DNA from: Thermodesulfobacteriota bacterium
Lineage (GTDB): Bacteria > Desulfobacterota_D > UBA1144 > Nemesobacterales > UBA2774
DNA: 64,000 nucleotides
Direction of reading: 5' to 3'
Assembly (NCBI GenBank): GCA_963422265.1
Contig: OY729416.1
Location: 832,001 to 896,000, forward strand
Shown: positions 45,771 through 56,083 of the stretch, one piece after another
Numbering within the stretch: the first letter of the stretch is position 1
Layout of the letters: each line of letters opens with the position of its first letter
Notes under the pieces: model-generated
Database searches by the model: none
What the model was told of the DNA's origin: nothing
What the model saw: only the letters and a program-made list of their open reading frames with translations
Made by a program: the position numbers and the translations under genes

Positions 45771-46973
45771 ATGCAAAAGGTCGTAATTAGCGAACCACTA
45801 AGAACCGCTATTGGAGCGTTTGGTGGAACGCTAAAAGACACATCGGCAGCCGAGTTAGGCTCAGTTGTAGTAAAAGAAATACTTGACCGAACTCAGATAG
45901 ACCCCAAAGAAATAGATGATTGTATCATGGGGAACATACTAAGCGCAGGACAAGGAATGAACACGTCTAGGCAGGTAGCGTTAGGAGCCGGATTACCGGT
46001 AGAGACACCCGCCGTTACCATTAACAGAGTCTGCGGATCTGGCGTTCAATCTATCGCCCTAGCCGCTCAGGCTATAAAAGCCGGAGACGCCGATGCCATT
46101 ATCGCAGGTGGCACCGAGAATATGAACCAAGCCCCCTTTTACCTGAAGAAGGCGCGCTACGGATATAGAATGGCAATGCCCAAGGATGAGGTTACCGACG
46201 GGATGGTGTATGACGGGCTATGGGATATATTCAATGATTACCACATGGGCGTAACGGCAGAAAATCTCGCAGAGGCTTTCAATATCACAAAAGAGGAACA
46301 AGACGAGTTTGCGTATAAAAGCCAAATGAAGTGTAAGGAGGCAATGGAGAGTGGAAAATTTAAGGATGAAACAGTCCCCGTAATGATCCCTCAGAGAAGG
46401 GCTGATCCAATCGCATTTGAGAAAGACGAACATCCCAAGGCGGATGCAACTATTGAGGGGCTAGCTAGGCTTCGCGCCGTGTTCAAAGTAGGGGGAACGG
46501 TGTCGGCAGGAAACGCCTCTGGAATCAATGACGGCGCCGCCGCGGTTCTGGTAAGCTCCGCTGAAAAAGCTAAAAAACTAGGATTAACCCCCCTTGCTTC
46601 CATAGTATCTTACGCTGTAGCGGGCGTTGATCCTTCAGTTATGGGTATAGGTCCAGTGCCTGCAATTCAAAAAGCACTCGACAAGGCTAAACTCTCCATA
46701 GACGACATAGATTTATTTGAACTAAACGAGGCGTTCGCCGCCCAATCGCTTGCCGTTTTAAGAGATTTGCCAATACCAGAAGAGAAGATCAACGTCAATG
46801 GGGGCGCTATAGCCCTTGGTCATCCCATTGGTGCTTCGGGAACGAGGATTTTGGTTACGCTTCTTCACGAAATGAAAAAGAGGAAGAAAGCTAAGCGTGG
46901 ACTTGCTGCGCTATGTATCGGCGGCGGAATGGGAATTGCCATTATTGTTGAGAAAGAAAGCAACAGAAAATAA
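45771..46973 (+). CDS. atoB: Acetyl-CoA C-acetyltransferase (thiolase)
   Basis: INRVCGSG nucleophile, NEAFA, GHPIGASG and CIGGG. AAGGAGG precedes ATG 45771. Confidence 0.92.
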   Translation: MQKVVISEPLRTAIGAFGGTLKDTSAAELGSVVVKEILDRTQIDPKEIDDCIMGNILSAGQGMNTSRQVALGAGLPVETPAVTINRVCGSGVQSIALAAQAIKAGDADAIIAGGTENMNQAPFYLKKARYGYRMAMPKDEVTDGMVYDGLWDIFNDYHMGVTAENLAEAFNITKEEQDEFAYKSQMKCKEAMESGKFKDETVPVMIPQRRADPIAFEKDEHPKADATIEGLARLRAVFKVGGTVSAGNASGINDGAAAVLVSSAEKAKKLGLTPLASIVSYAVAGVDPSVMGIGPVPAIQKALDKAKLSIDDIDLFELNEAFAAQSLAVLRDLPIPEEKINVNGGAIALGHPIGASGTRILVTLLHEMKKRKKAKRGLAALCIGGGMGIAIIVEKESNRK

Positions 46974-46983
46974 ATATAGTAAC

Positions 46984-47007
46984 GGTCGGGGAGAAAACTC
47001 CCCGACC
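46984..47007. terminator. Perfect hairpin between convergent genes
   Basis: GGTCGGGGAG-AAAA-CTCCCCGACC. Confidence 0.7.
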
Positions 47008-47036
47008 TCCTTAACAAACAGATCTGGGGAAATAGT

Positions 47037-47504
47037 TTAGAACGACTTCTGGGAGAGTTTAATCTCAATATTGTAATCGACAGCCTGAAACAGCTCCTTA
47101 AATCGCTTCGGCACGTGCACCACTTGTCTCCCTTTGTAACTCATAAAGACCAGCCCTGTTTTTGCGACGGCTAATTCCCTTTTAGTCTCCTTTTCGGATA
47201 GCATATAGACCAAATCACACCCTGTATTCGTGTAATCACACACCGCAACGTCTATTATCAAGCTATCTCCATAAAAACCCTCGGACTTATAAACTATAGC
47301 AACGTCTGACAAAACGATCCCTGGCCCGAACACGTCTAATTCGCTAAAGCCAAAACTCTTAAAGAATCTAACCCTTGCCTCGTGCGTTAGCGACAGGACT
47401 GAATCGTGCCCTAAATGACCGCCGTAGTTTATATCACTTATGCGAAGCGCAATCTCCGTTGAAAAAACAAACTTGTCCGGTGCCTCAATTTTTATTCTAG
47501 CCAT
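47037..47504 (-). CDS. Hotdog-fold thioesterase (4HBT-like)
   Basis: RISDINYGGHLGHD...HEARV and YKSEGFYGD. Confidence 0.85.
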   Translation of the reverse strand: MARIKIEAPDKFVFSTEIALRISDINYGGHLGHDSVLSLTHEARVRFFKSFGFSELDVFGPGIVLSDVAIVYKSEGFYGDSLIIDVAVCDYTNTGCDLVYMLSEKETKRELAVAKTGLVFMSYKGRQVVHVPKRFKELFQAVDYNIEIKLSQKSF

Positions 47505-47510
47505 GTAACG

Positions 47511-48557
47511 CTAAGCACGAAAATACGGTATAATATCCTGTGATATAACCTTAAACGACTCCTTTCTATCTGGGCTAAAATCCCTTAGAAAGAAATGACT
47601 TACTCCAGAGTTGACATACTCTTCAATCCTTCTAATCACCTCTTCCTTCGAACCCGCTATTACAAAATCAAGGACAATTTCACGCGAGTAGTATTTTTCT
47701 CCCATCTCCCTAAATTTTCTAAGCATATCAGGGTCGTTAGGCATAATCTTAGTATATTCAAGACCTTTGTATTGATCCTCAATATCTATATCATAGCCTG
47801 CCTGGGAAAGAAGCTCGGGCCATATTAGCGCGTGCTTAACGGGCTCAAGAGTCGTATAAGCCTCATCTTCATCCCTTGCAATAGATAAGAAGATGAAGAG
47901 AGTTTTTTCAATGGGTCCCAAGCCCTTATCTCTATTTACAGCACCCTCGTCAACGATAAGTGATTTCTCTCTGAAGACCCTCGCAGGCATAGCGTTAGTA
48001 AGCCATCCATCTCCGTACTCTCCGGCGATCTTGAGCGCTCTCGGACCCGTCGCGGCAACGTAGATAGGCAAGCTATCGCCCACAGGTTCAATCCGTAATG
48101 ACGCATCCGACAATTGAAAAAACTCTCCGTCAAAACTAACAGACTCGCCACTCCAGAGAGCGCGCATAATCTTTATGGACTCTACAACCCTTTTTAACGG
48201 CTTATCCCATTTGATTCCGTAGGGGTCTAGATTCATCTTTTCACCGTATCCGAGACATATAAACGTCCTGCCTTTTGAAATATGATCTATGGTAGCGAGT
48301 CTATGAGCAAGGATTGCCGGGTGAATCCTATGAGCATCACCTACAGCTCCCATGTGAATCGCATTTGTTCTAGTTGAAGCGGCGGTTATGACTGACCAGA
48401 CTTCGGGCGTTAACCTCTTAGCCATGAAAACAACGTGATCTGGGAACCAAACTGCATCAAAACCTGCTGTTTCTGCATTTTCTGTAAACGTGATAAGCGT
48501 TTGCGTTGACTCGCCCGGCACGGGAGCAGCTATCCCGAACTTGATCTTCTCACCCAT
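47511..48557 (-). CDS. LLM-class flavin/F420-dependent oxidoreductase
   Basis: AE.AGFDAVWFPDH, ATIDHISKGR and AATGPRAL..AG..GDGW. Confidence 0.88.
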   Translation of the reverse strand: MGEKIKFGIAAPVPGESTQTLITFTENAETAGFDAVWFPDHVVFMAKRLTPEVWSVITAASTRTNAIHMGAVGDAHRIHPAILAHRLATIDHISKGRTFICLGYGEKMNLDPYGIKWDKPLKRVVESIKIMRALWSGESVSFDGEFFQLSDASLRIEPVGDSLPIYVAATGPRALKIAGEYGDGWLTNAMPARVFREKSLIVDEGAVNRDKGLGPIEKTLFIFLSIARDEDEAYTTLEPVKHALIWPELLSQAGYDIDIEDQYKGLEYTKIMPNDPDMLRKFREMGEKYYSREIVLDFVIAGSKEEVIRRIEEYVNSGVSHFFLRDFSPDRKESFKVISQDIIPYFRA

Positions 48558-48780
48558 TTATGAAACCTCCTTTAACCCCTAGCTAATCAAATTATACACT
48601 CTTATTTTAACTTTTTTATCTTGATTTTTTACAAACCATAGTTTATTCTTCTATATGTTATTAAGTATGCCATAATACAGTCTGGTATAGCGAGGCTTGG
48701 GAAAACATCGGAGTATTGAAAAATCCGGAAATATTGAGGAAATATTGAAAGATAAAAAACACTGAAAGACACGAGGTGGA

Positions 48781-49041
48781 ATGCAGATGGGAAGATTCGA
48801 TAGGACTTTCGACAAACCCGAAATAGAACATGTAAGTAAAAGCGTGGACATTGAACAGAAGAGGTTCTTCTTTGATGTTAAGGAAAACCATAAAGGTAAA
48901 TACCTTAGAATTACAGAATTGAGCGGCTCCAGATCATCTATAGTTATACCGCTTGATGGCATAAGCCTATTTAAAGAAAGATTGGGAGACGTGATCGAAG
49001 AAGTTGACAAACTTCTTGAGAGTCCCGTTACAAGCAAGTAG
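48781..49041 (+). CDS. PUR-domain (PurA/BpuR-like) single-stranded nucleic-acid-binding protein
   Basis: SKSVDIEQKRFFFDVKENHKGKYLRITE..GSRSSIVIP is one PUR repeat; GAGG RBS. Confidence 0.85.
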   Translation: MQMGRFDRTFDKPEIEHVSKSVDIEQKRFFFDVKENHKGKYLRITELSGSRSSIVIPLDGISLFKERLGDVIEEVDKLLESPVTSK

Positions 49042-49113
49042 CTCACGTTCCGGATATTCAATTACAATAATTTTCATTGCTCATGAGATTGATATTACGC
49101 AAAGGTCAAGCGG

Positions 49114-50379
49114 TTATCTTATGAAATCAGGTATGCTCTCGCCTTTAAGCAGATCCTCGTATTTCTCTCTTTTCCTAACCACTGAAAAATCATCCCCCTT
49201 AACAAGAACCTCTGGTGCCCGTAAACGAGTGTTGTAATTCGAAGACATAACGAACCCATAAGCTCCTGCGCTTAGCACGGCTAATAGATCCCCACTCTTC
49301 ACCCTAGTCATCTCCCGATTTTGTGCTAAGAAATCACCCGATTCACATATCGGTCCCACTATATCAACAACTTCATCTGGAGAGTTAGTAGCTTCGTTCA
49401 CCGTTAGAATCTCATGGTGGGAATCATAGAAAGCAGGTCTGAGCAGATCATTCATGGCAGCGTCAACTATTATGAACTTTTTTGCCGTTCCTTCCTTTAA
49501 GTACATAACCTTGGTTGCCAGCACCCCCGCGTTACCGATGAGAGACCTTCCGGGCTCTAGCACAAGTTTGTAGGGCTTATCTGAGAGTCCACTCATAACG
49601 ACGTCGGCGTATGCCTGGTGGCTAGGAGGAGTATCACCCTTTTCATAGCTTATTCCAAGCCCACCGCCTATATCAATATAGCGTATGTCAATACCTTCAT
49701 TTACAAGATTGTCCGCAATACCAACTAACTTTTTAACGGAATCTGAAAAGGGAGTAAGATCAAAAATTTGAGAGCCTATATGAGCGTCTATAGCTACAAC
49801 TTCAATGCCTTCCATAGCGTTAGCTTGGCTGTAAGCGTCTATAGCCTTCTCCACCTCTATACCGAATTTGCTCTTCTTAAAGCCCGTAGAGATATATGGG
49901 TGAGTTTTAGGATCAATATCCGGATTCACTCTAAGAGCTATCGGGGCTTTTCTATTAAGTTCGATTCCAACCATATTTAACTGATGAAGCTCTTCAACTG
50001 ACTCAACGTTAAAAAATAATATGCCGGCTTCGATTGCTGCTATCATTTCCTCTCTAGTCTTACCCACGCCAGAGAAAACGATTTTTGACGGATCCACTCC
50101 CGCCTTTTTTACGCGAAATAACTCCCCAACAGAGACTATATCAAATCCTGAACCCATCTCTGAAAAGGATTTTAATATAGCGAGATTAGAGTTAGCTTTT
50201 ACTGAATAGCAGATCAACGTTTCAGAGCTAGAAAAAGCCTTCTGATACCGAGTAAAGGAGTCTTCCAACACCGAATAGCTGTAAATATAGCAAGGGGTTC
50301 CAACCGATTGGGCTACCCTTGATATAGGAACATCCTCTACGTATAATTCAGAGTCTTTATATCGAAAAGCGGCGTGCAT
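49114..50379 (-). CDS. lysA: Diaminopimelate decarboxylase
   Basis: YSVKAN, HIGSQ, EPGR, CESGD and GAYG..MSSNYN. Confidence 0.96.
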   Translation of the reverse strand: MHAAFRYKDSELYVEDVPISRVAQSVGTPCYIYSYSVLEDSFTRYQKAFSSSETLICYSVKANSNLAILKSFSEMGSGFDIVSVGELFRVKKAGVDPSKIVFSGVGKTREEMIAAIEAGILFFNVESVEELHQLNMVGIELNRKAPIALRVNPDIDPKTHPYISTGFKKSKFGIEVEKAIDAYSQANAMEGIEVVAIDAHIGSQIFDLTPFSDSVKKLVGIADNLVNEGIDIRYIDIGGGLGISYEKGDTPPSHQAYADVVMSGLSDKPYKLVLEPGRSLIGNAGVLATKVMYLKEGTAKKFIIVDAAMNDLLRPAFYDSHHEILTVNEATNSPDEVVDIVGPICESGDFLAQNREMTRVKSGDLLAVLSAGAYGFVMSSNYNTRLRAPEVLVKGDDFSVVRKREKYEDLLKGESIPDFIR

Positions 50380-50498
50380 TTCTATAATTCCCCCAAGTTT
50401 TACGTGTTAACCGGAGTGGACAATTGTAACTGGCTGAAACCTGCCCGCTATCCACAACAGTAAGCACAAATAGCATTAGCTTAAAACGTAGCGAGAAA

Positions 50499-51107
50499 CT
50501 AGCTGCCCCGTTTAAGTTGTCTATCAAGAAAATCCAGCCTATCATTTCCCCAGAACATCTTGTCACCTATAAACATGGTAGGTGCTCCGAACACACCCCT
50601 TTCAATAGTAACTTTAGTCTCTTCCCTGAGTTTATCCTTAATATCCTGCTCCGCTATTCGCTTCAGGAACCAATCGGCTTCAATACCAATAGTGCTGACC
50701 GCATCCCCTAGTATCTCTGGCTTGCTTAAATCAAAACCATCTATCCAGTAAAGACTGAACATCTTATGACTATATTCGGTGAGCTTATTTAGCTCTGACG
50801 CTGCAAACGCCCCTCTCATGGATCTTACGCTATTCAGGGGAAATAGGTCGGGAAAGTTAAAATCTACCCCATAATACCCTGCGGAATCCTCCGTATCCTG
50901 CCTCATAAAGCTGAACTTGCTATCAATTTGCACCGCTGGCTTTGATCCTATCTCGTTGAACACTCCCCCCAGAAGAAAGGGTTTCCACTCTAAGCCAGCA
51001 CCATTATCCTTGCAGATTTTTTCTATTCGTCTCGATGCTATATAGGCGTAAGGACTACTGAAATCGTAATAAAATTCGACTTTCCTATTCATCATTAATC
51101 TCCACAC
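50499..51107 (-). CDS. 2-hydroxychromene-2-carboxylate isomerase / kappa-GST (DsbA family)
   Basis: FYYDFSSPYAY, GVFGAPT and FWGNDRL. Confidence 0.88.
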   Translation of the reverse strand: MWRLMMNRKVEFYYDFSSPYAYIASRRIEKICKDNGAGLEWKPFLLGGVFNEIGSKPAVQIDSKFSFMRQDTEDSAGYYGVDFNFPDLFPLNSVRSMRGAFAASELNKLTEYSHKMFSLYWIDGFDLSKPEILGDAVSTIGIEADWFLKRIAEQDIKDKLREETKVTIERGVFGAPTMFIGDKMFWGNDRLDFLDRQLKRGS

Positions 51108-51204
51108 ACCAGTAGGTTAAGCAGGGATTGTAAGTAATATAAACTTTAATATCAAGTAGCTGGGTGCTTTACCAGCCTTCCCCTAAGGCATCAATTGTCT
51201 GCAA

Positions 51205-51232
51205 TTGACCAGTTTAGTCTCTATGCTAAACT
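51205..51232 (+). promoter_or_regulatory. Sigma70-like promoter for the hemDE-hemH unit
   Basis: TTGACC-16 bp-TAAACT with a TG extension. Confidence 0.45.
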
Positions 51233-51262
51233 CAAGCTACTATACATAGAGAGAGATTAAGT

Positions 51263-53227
51263 ATGGAAAGCAATTTTACATTTGACGGACTCCGAGTAAC
51301 TGCTTTCGAAAGCAGGCGTGCAAAGGAAATCGAGAAACTAATAAGCTACCACGGCGGTATTCCTAGAATTGCTCCCTCTATGAGGGAGATTCCGATAGCA
51401 GAGCCAAAAGAGGCTTTTAAGTTTGCTCAAGAACTATTTGATAACCGCTATGATGTTCTAATACTTATGACGGGCGTAGGAACGCGCGCGCTAGCCAAAG
51501 CTCTAAAGACAAAATATCCGCTGGACGAACTTGTAGCCGCCATAAAAGAAGTAACGACAGTAGCCCGCGGACCCAAGCCGGCTCGGGCGCTGAGAGAGTT
51601 GGGACTAAAACCGGACGTTATCGTGCCCGAACCCAATACGTGGCGGGAAATCCTGAAAACGCTCGATGATAACCTTGACGTCAAGGGCAAGAGTGTAGCC
51701 GTTCAGGAATATGGCGTATCCAACGGGGAGTTCTTGGAAGAGCTAAGTAAACGAGGGGCATCTGTAAAAGCCGTTCCTATCTACAGATGGGGTCTTCCTG
51801 AAGACATAGTACCGCTGAAGAAGGCAATATATTCTATAATAGATAATGGGGAGGACGTATTGCTCTTTACAAGCTCGCAGCAAATACGTCACTTACTTCA
51901 AGTTGCCGATCGAGAGGGGCTACTAGAAGAATTAAAAAAAGGACTTAAGCAAACAATTCTAGCTTCAATAGGACCTGCCACGACGGAAACCCTAAAAGGG
52001 TTTGGGCTTTCCGCAGACTACGAGCCTGACAGCCCTAAGATGGGCAACCTGATACGCGAAACAGCAAGACGCGGAAACAATCTACTAAAAAGAAAAAAGA
52101 TTGCCTATGAGAACGGCGTAAATACGAATGGGTGGAACAGAATTGAAATGGTCTGGGACCATAGATCCGAGGAAACGAGAAAAGAAATCACGCAGAATTC
52201 CATCTTTATGAAAGCCTGTAGAAAGGAGAAGACGGATTACACACCGATCTGGCTCATGAGGCAGGCAGGGAGATTCATGCGTGAGTATAGAGAGCTAAGA
52301 GGGAAAATATCTTTCATGGAGCTTTGTAAAACCCCTGAGCTTGAAGCTGAAGTAACAATTAGCGCAGTCGACCGTCTTGGAGTGGATGCGGCAATAATCT
52401 TCTCGGACATATTACTTATTGTCGAGTCGTTGGGTATAGATCTGGAATTCTCAAATGGAGAGGGACCTAGAATCAAAAGACCGGTGCGCTCGGCCAAAGC
52501 TGTTGCGCGTTTAACGGATTTTGATCCCGAATCACTAAAATTCGTTTACGACGGGATAAAAATCACAAGGAGAGCACTAGACCCTCAAATAGCACTTATT
52601 GGATTCGCAGGAGCTCCATTTACGGTAGCCTCCTACGTAATAGAGGGTAGGGGATCACGCAACTATGAAAATGCAAAGGGTTTAATGTATCGCGACCCTA
52701 AAGCCTGGAATGACCTAATGCAAAAGCTGACGCACGCGACCCAACTATACTTAAACAGGCAAATTGAATCGGGTGCCGATGCAATTCAGTTATTTGATAG
52801 CTGGGTTGGCTGTTTATCCCCCCATGACTATAAGGAATTTGTGCTGCCCCATGTGAAAACCCTGATAGATGGAATTAAGGATGACGTCCCTGTAATACTT
52901 TTTGGCACGGGAACCAGCTCACTATTGGAACTAATAAAAGAATCCGAAAGCCACGTCATAGGGCTTGACTGGAGGGTTGACATAGACAAGGCATGGGAAC
53001 TGCTCGGAAGCAAAGTAGCCGTGCAGGGAAACCTCGATCCCGTTACCCTTTTTGCCAATCCTGAAGAGATTAAAAAAAGAGCCAGGTTTATATTGGACAA
53101 AGTTGACGGTAGACCAGGACACATATTCAACCTGGGACACGGTGTGCTACCCAGAACCCCAGTTGATAACGTGCTTGCCCTCATAGATTTCGTGCATGCA
53201 TACTCAGATAGGAAACATATCTTATAA
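51263..53227 (+). CDS. hemE: Fused uroporphyrinogen-III synthase (HemD) and uroporphyrinogen decarboxylase (HemE)
   Basis: N-half: FESRRA, MTGVG, ARGPKP, FTSS, ASIGP. C-half: WLMRQAGR, FSDIL, QLFDSW, IFNLGHG. Confidence 0.92.
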   Translation: MESNFTFDGLRVTAFESRRAKEIEKLISYHGGIPRIAPSMREIPIAEPKEAFKFAQELFDNRYDVLILMTGVGTRALAKALKTKYPLDELVAAIKEVTTVARGPKPARALRELGLKPDVIVPEPNTWREILKTLDDNLDVKGKSVAVQEYGVSNGEFLEELSKRGASVKAVPIYRWGLPEDIVPLKKAIYSIIDNGEDVLLFTSSQQIRHLLQVADREGLLEELKKGLKQTILASIGPATTETLKGFGLSADYEPDSPKMGNLIRETARRGNNLLKRKKIAYENGVNTNGWNRIEMVWDHRSEETRKEITQNSIFMKACRKEKTDYTPIWLMRQAGRFMREYRELRGKISFMELCKTPELEAEVTISAVDRLGVDAAIIFSDILLIVESLGIDLEFSNGEGPRIKRPVRSAKAVARLTDFDPESLKFVYDGIKITRRALDPQIALIGFAGAPFTVASYVIEGRGSRNYENAKGLMYRDPKAWNDLMQKLTHATQLYLNRQIESGADAIQLFDSWVGCLSPHDYKEFVLPHVKTLIDGIKDDVPVILFGTGTSSLLELIKESESHVIGLDWRVDIDKAWELLGSKVAVQGNLDPVTLFANPEEIKKRARFILDKVDGRPGHIFNLGHGVLPRTPVDNVLALIDFVHAYSDRKHIL

Positions 53228-53257
53228 ATTTCAATTACAATCTGAGGAGAATGCTTA

Positions 53258-54181
53258 ATGCCTAAGAAATTCGACGCTATAATGATGATAGGATACGGGG
53301 CACCTGAGAGGCTTGAGGATATTCATCCTTTTCTCAACAATGTTGCCAAAGGAAGACCTATTCCCCAGGAGCGCATAGATGAAGTGGCAAGCCACTATGA
53401 ACTCTTTGGAGGGAAATCACCCCTAAACGAATACACTTACAAACAGGCGAGGAGACTTGAGATTAGGCTATCCCAAAATGGATATGAAACACCGGTTTAC
53501 GTAGGAATGCGAAACTGGCGCCCGTATATCCCGAACACCATAAAGGAGATGCGTGAAAAAGGTGCCAAGAAGGCAATTGGAATGATTATGGCTGCGCATC
53601 AATGTGATGCTAGCTGGGAGCGCTATAAGCGGGACGTGCAGGAAGCCCTTTGCAACACTGATATTGAGATAGAGTTTGAGTACTCCCCTCCCTTGTTCGA
53701 CCATCCGCTATTTATTGAGAACTCGGCAGACCTTATACGAGAATGCTTAGATCTAATTGACCTTGAGGAACTTCAGAACACCGTGATACTCTTTACTGCA
53801 CACAGCATACCAACGCCCATGTCTGAAGCCTCACCTTACGTCGAGCAACTAATGACGACTTCACGCTTAATAGCGAAAGAAATAAATTACGATAACTGGC
53901 GGCTTGTATATCAAAGCCGCAGCGGCAGTCCAAAAGACCCTTGGCTTGAACCCGATGTATGTGACGTTATAAGTGAGACTGCAAAGGAAGGGACAAAAAA
54001 CGTTATAGTTCAACCAATCGGATTTCTCTGTGACCATATAGAGGTTTTATTTGACATTGGAATAGAAGCCCAGGAAGCAGCCGACCGATCGGGGATTAAA
54101 CTATACCGTGCCAAAACCGTAAACGACTCGCCCAAGTTTATAGAAGCTTTGGCAGACGTCGTAGAAAAAATGGTATCCTAA
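53258..54181 (+). CDS. hemH: Ferrochelatase
   Basis: GGKSPL, GMRNW.P, FTAHSIP, YQSRSG...WLEP and DHIEVLFD. Confidence 0.93.
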   Translation: MPKKFDAIMMIGYGAPERLEDIHPFLNNVAKGRPIPQERIDEVASHYELFGGKSPLNEYTYKQARRLEIRLSQNGYETPVYVGMRNWRPYIPNTIKEMREKGAKKAIGMIMAAHQCDASWERYKRDVQEALCNTDIEIEFEYSPPLFDHPLFIENSADLIRECLDLIDLEELQNTVILFTAHSIPTPMSEASPYVEQLMTTSRLIAKEINYDNWRLVYQSRSGSPKDPWLEPDVCDVISETAKEGTKNVIVQPIGFLCDHIEVLFDIGIEAQEAADRSGIKLYRAKTVNDSPKFIEALADVVEKMVS

Positions 54182-54197
54182 AAGAGGAACTGAGAAC

Positions 54198-54635
54198 ATG
54201 AATTGGCTTCAAAAGGAAATTAGCCTATCACCAAAGAAACGAGGATTTCATCTTGTTACGAGAGAAATACTTGAGCAAGTTCCTGAGCTCTCGCAACTCA
54301 AGATTGGAATAGTCCACATCTTTATTTGCCACACCTCTGCTTCTATTACGATAAACGAAAATGCGGACTCAGACGTTAGAGCAGACTTTGAAAGCTATTT
54401 TAACAAGCACGTCCCTGAGAATGCTCCATATTACACCCATAATAACGAGGGACCGGATGATATGCCTGCTCATATCAAAGCCTCGCTGATGGGAAGCTCC
54501 ATCTCTATTCCAGTCAAAGACGGGAGATTGAATATAGGAATATGGCAGGGAATTTATCTCTGTGAGCACAGAAATCGCGGGGGAGCGAGAAAGCTAATTG
54601 TAACGATTTATGGGCAGAACTCTTCCAAGTGCTGA
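54198..54635 (+). CDS. YjbQ/UPF0047-family protein
   Basis: HTSASITINEN, EGPDDMPAH and WQGIYLCEH. Confidence 0.9.
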   Translation: MNWLQKEISLSPKKRGFHLVTREILEQVPELSQLKIGIVHIFICHTSASITINENADSDVRADFESYFNKHVPENAPYYTHNNEGPDDMPAHIKASLMGSSISIPVKDGRLNIGIWQGIYLCEHRNRGGARKLIVTIYGQNSSKC

Positions 54636-55497
54636 GATGAAACACAATACCACTTCCTTTCAACACCTTAGCAGTATCATACTTATTAAGTTACTGATAT
54701 GCTTTACTATTATTAACATTAAACCCTACCTCACCGTATCTGAAGAACGAAAAACCGAGAGCATAAATCTTGGAACTTGGACGGAAGAGTCCCTAATGAA
54801 AGTAATGAAAGACGCCGCCGAAAAATCGGAAAGTGCCGAAGGGCGTATCAGTTTTATATCCGAAAAATTCCTAGGCACCAAGTATCAAGGGAAGACGCTT
54901 ACGGGAAGCATAAACGAACAGGAAGGATTCACTTTAAATCTTGCAGGCATGGACTGTTTTACCTATATCGACTATGTTGAAGCTATGCGGTTATCTAGCT
55001 CTTTCTCGGAATTTAAGCATGAGTTAAAAAAGATCAGATACCGAGAAGGGGTGGTAAGCTTTCAAAATAGAAACCACTTTTTTTCTGATTGGCCTGTGAA
55101 TAATGGTGGTAACGTTCGCGACGTAACGCGAGAGATCGGAGGTGGCAAAACCACTAAAATCAACAAGAAGCTTAATCTAAAACAAGATGAAACATATTAC
55201 TTGTCTGGAATCCCGGTAATCAATCGTAAGATTACTTTCCTTCCTTCCTCAGCTATCAACGATGAGGTCGTAAAAAAATTACATGCTGGGGATTACGTCG
55301 GAATTTATGCCCATAAAGATAAACAAGGTATTCCCCTAGAAGGTCTTGACGTAACGCATACAGGAATAATTATCAAAAAAGACGATAAGGTTTATTTAAG
55401 GCACGCTTCTTCTATCCATAATAAAGTCATTGACGAAAATTTTTTGGAATACGTGCAGAATAAGCCCGGCGTAGTAATTTATAGACCTATTGACTAA
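54610..55497 (+). CDS. DUF1460 (NlpC/P60-like amidase) protein
   Basis: FLGTKY, DCFTYIDYV, RNHFFSDW, LDVTHTG and HASS. The start is uncertain. Confidence 0.82.
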   Translation: MGRTLPSAEMKHNTTSFQHLSSIILIKLLICFTIINIKPYLTVSEERKTESINLGTWTEESLMKVMKDAAEKSESAEGRISFISEKFLGTKYQGKTLTGSINEQEGFTLNLAGMDCFTYIDYVEAMRLSSSFSEFKHELKKIRYREGVVSFQNRNHFFSDWPVNNGGNVRDVTREIGGGKTTKINKKLNLKQDETYYLSGIPVINRKITFLPSSAINDEVVKKLHAGDYVGIYAHKDKQGIPLEGLDVTHTGIIIKKDDKVYLRHASSIHNKVIDENFLEYVQNKPGVVIYRPID

Positions 55498-55530
55498 GCA
55501 AAAATACTAATGTCTCTCGCGGAACAACAA

Positions 55531-55562
55531 GTCCCATCCACCAAGCTCACACAGGATGGGAC
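55531..55562. terminator. Hairpin downstream of the DUF1460 gene
   Basis: GTCCCATCC-14 nt-GGATGGGAC; no U-tract. Confidence 0.35.
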
Positions 55563-55656
55563 ATCTGCTCGGAAATTTAATAACTTGACTCACTATTCAT
55601 AATCTATGAAAATAATGCTGATCTTACCTATATCTAAATTCACACGGAGGTAATCT

Positions 55657-56079
55657 ATGTCTCTTAGTGCTAGGAAGCTAACCGAGCTATCAAAAGAAAG
55701 TCTAAAAGCCAGAGCGAGGCTAGATCAGTTATTAGATTTCGTGGACGTAGTCAGCAAGGAAGCAGAAAATCTTGAAGGAGACGTAGCGCCCGCCGGAGAT
55801 AAAATAAAAGGGCTTACAGACGCCATGAGCGAGCACATAGAAACAATAAAAGACATAGTTGAGACTCAGCTTAACAAGATTCCGATTGATCCAGAAGAAA
55901 CTAAGGACGCGGCGAAGAAGCTCACTTTATATCACGGTGCTGTTCATCAGGTAATTAGCTGGGCGGAAACTCAGAAAAGCAACCACAAAGAAGGCTCATA
56001 CTGGTACCGTTACTGGGTGGATGTCATGGAAAACGTAATGAAAGAACAAGCCGAAAAAGGGACCTTGGAAAAAACATAG
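55657..56079 (+). CDS. Hypothetical helical protein
   Basis: GGAGG RBS and a 140-aa ORF; no family recognised. Confidence 0.75.
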   Translation: MSLSARKLTELSKESLKARARLDQLLDFVDVVSKEAENLEGDVAPAGDKIKGLTDAMSEHIETIKDIVETQLNKIPIDPEETKDAAKKLTLYHGAVHQVISWAETQKSNHKEGSYWYRYWVDVMENVMKEQAEKGTLEKT

Positions 56080-56083
56080 GTCG

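Noticed and set aside
50380-50500. Lysine riboswitch or leader peptide upstream of lysA
   Set aside because: The region is too short and lacks recognisable L-box motifs; the small ORF has no support.
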